A stretch of DNA of 63,341 nucleotides, filler included, from Octopus bimaculoides (taxonomy: Eukaryota): the NCBI RefSeq assembly GCF_001194135.2. It is 7 parts of 6 records of this genome, joined end to end, with 100 filler letters (N's around TTAATTAATTAA, not from the genome) between each part and the next. Parts side by side here need not be neighbours in the genome. Positions count along the whole stretch, not along the records: positions 53,536 to 62,095 come from NC_069000.1; positions 62,196 to 63,341 come from NW_026323145.1; 5 more parts are not named here. The stretch is one strand, 5' to 3'. The position numbers and the translations under genes were made by a program. The notes beneath the pieces were generated by a model. It had not been told where the DNA came from. It did not search any database and saw only the letters and a list, made by a program, of their open reading frames with translations. Shown here one piece after another: positions 62,091 to 63,341 of this stretch (positions are counted from its first letter, which is position 1; the number at the start of each line of letters is the position of its first letter).

Positions 62091-63341
62091 ATATANNNNN
62101 NNNNNNNNNNNNNNNNNNNNNNNNNNNNNNNNNNNNNNNTTAATTAATTAANNNNNNNNNNNNNNNNNNNNNNNNNNNNNNNNNNNNNNNNNNNNCATAT
62201 CTTTCATCAGATCCAGGCAAATAAAAACACATACCTACACCAAAATGGATGTAAAACAGATGGCTTCATCAGCTCAAACTTTAGTTGTCTGACTCAACAG
62301 AGAAATCTTTGGAGAGAAAAACTATTATCTAAAACTATAGGTGTGAGAAGTTACAGAGAAGGGAAGATAAACTAATCACTGCATCACCAATATCAACAAT
62401 TACTNNNNNNNNNNGTCAACATTGTTAAAATTCCTTAAATTTGGAAATTAGGCAAAATAATCAGAAAGTTTATGCTCAAAGTGAAGTAGTATAACACAGA
62501 CTCAAAAGACTTATTCATGATATCACTAACCCATCTGCTATTTCTGTCAGTCTCTAAACTCCCTCGACTACCAATAACTGTTTGACCATATCTTGTCCTG
62601 CACTGAGGTCATCTATATCACTTCATCCCTATGGCAACTGAGCAAGGATTTTTTCGGAAGACTAGCAAATATTCCCACTTCATGCAACCAAGGGAATGGC
62701 AAAGGCTAATAAAACTCGGCACCAGAGTTTTTGCTACCCAACTCAGAACATAAGGAGCCAGAACAAATACTGTAATAATAAGATAATTCCACCAATCTAT
62801 TACTTATGATATTTAAAAATTATGATACTTTACTAATTATGATATTATACAAGAAAGAATAGAACGACACTTAATATTTTCCTTTTGGCTAGCTTTATAT
62901 GCAGTCTTGTTACTCTGTTGAAGAATTGTCAAGTTGTATCCAAGATACAACTTTTGTTGAAAGAAGATTCCAAGTTATCTCTGGGATTTATCCACGTTGA
63001 TTTAATCTATATTCATAAACACTGTTTTATTGTAATTTAAGTACACAGGCATCAACATATATCAAGGAGAAAACTGAAGAATGCAGACTATCATGCTTCA
63101 TGTCACTCTCGGTCAGTGATTCCATTTTACTGCCTGACAAACTTTATTTGGCGATCTTTGGTTTTAGATACATATATCTGCAGGACTGATATTACCATTG
63201 TTTACAGGTTGGTTTATTTTTCTGGCAATCCTTCCGATTAAGATTGTTTATGACACAACCAGCTTGTAACGTGTTTATAGAACTGTAGCAATATGATTAT
63301 TACATCCTTTCGAAGTTACTTTTACAACGTGGTCATTAAAG

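Noticed and set aside
62195-62260. Minus-strand donor GTAG|GTATGT with frame QLKFELMKPSVLHPFWC
   Set aside because: Acceptor ambiguous, flanked by gaps, and phase does not link to the other candidate exons.
62931-62953. 10-bp-arm hairpin AAGTTGTATC-caa-GATACAACTT
   Set aside because: Isolated; no element boundaries or transcript context recognisable.

Overview
AT-rich, gap-ridden eukaryotic scaffold segment with no prokaryotic features. The density of microsatellites and the SINE families resemble those I know from octopus, so a coleoid cephalopod (probably Octopus) is an inference, not a database result. No complete, recognisable protein-coding gene is present, and almost all six-frame ORFs are microsatellite, N-gap or transposon artefacts. 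The window is dominated by decayed retroelements: R4/Dong-like RLE LINEs (many, mostly minus strand, tied to (TAA)n/(AGA)n arrays), L1/Tx1-like LINE pieces, Penelope-like elements (PLEs) and an RTE 3' end. It also holds several tRNA-derived SINE families, a Tc1 transposase remnant, piggyBac-type and Kolobok-like MITEs, and a Helentron-associated (DINE/HINE-like) element. The most notable signals are: (1) three minimal type-I hammerhead ribozyme motifs, one sitting just upstream of a PLE ORF; (2) a 27-bp inverted repeat, fully paired on the minus strand thanks to three G-U wobbles, enclosing a candidate first exon with a uORF whose stop overlaps the start codon; (3) R4-like LINEs stacked in (TAA)n arrays; (4) a compact palindrome/AP-1/TATA/CRE/Inr promoter candidate; (5) an anomalously long gap-free ORF; and (6) several weak candidate exons at 54-62 kb. 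Six 44N-TTAATTAATTAA-44N blocks are assembly spacers. Most repeat boundaries are approximate (read by eye).
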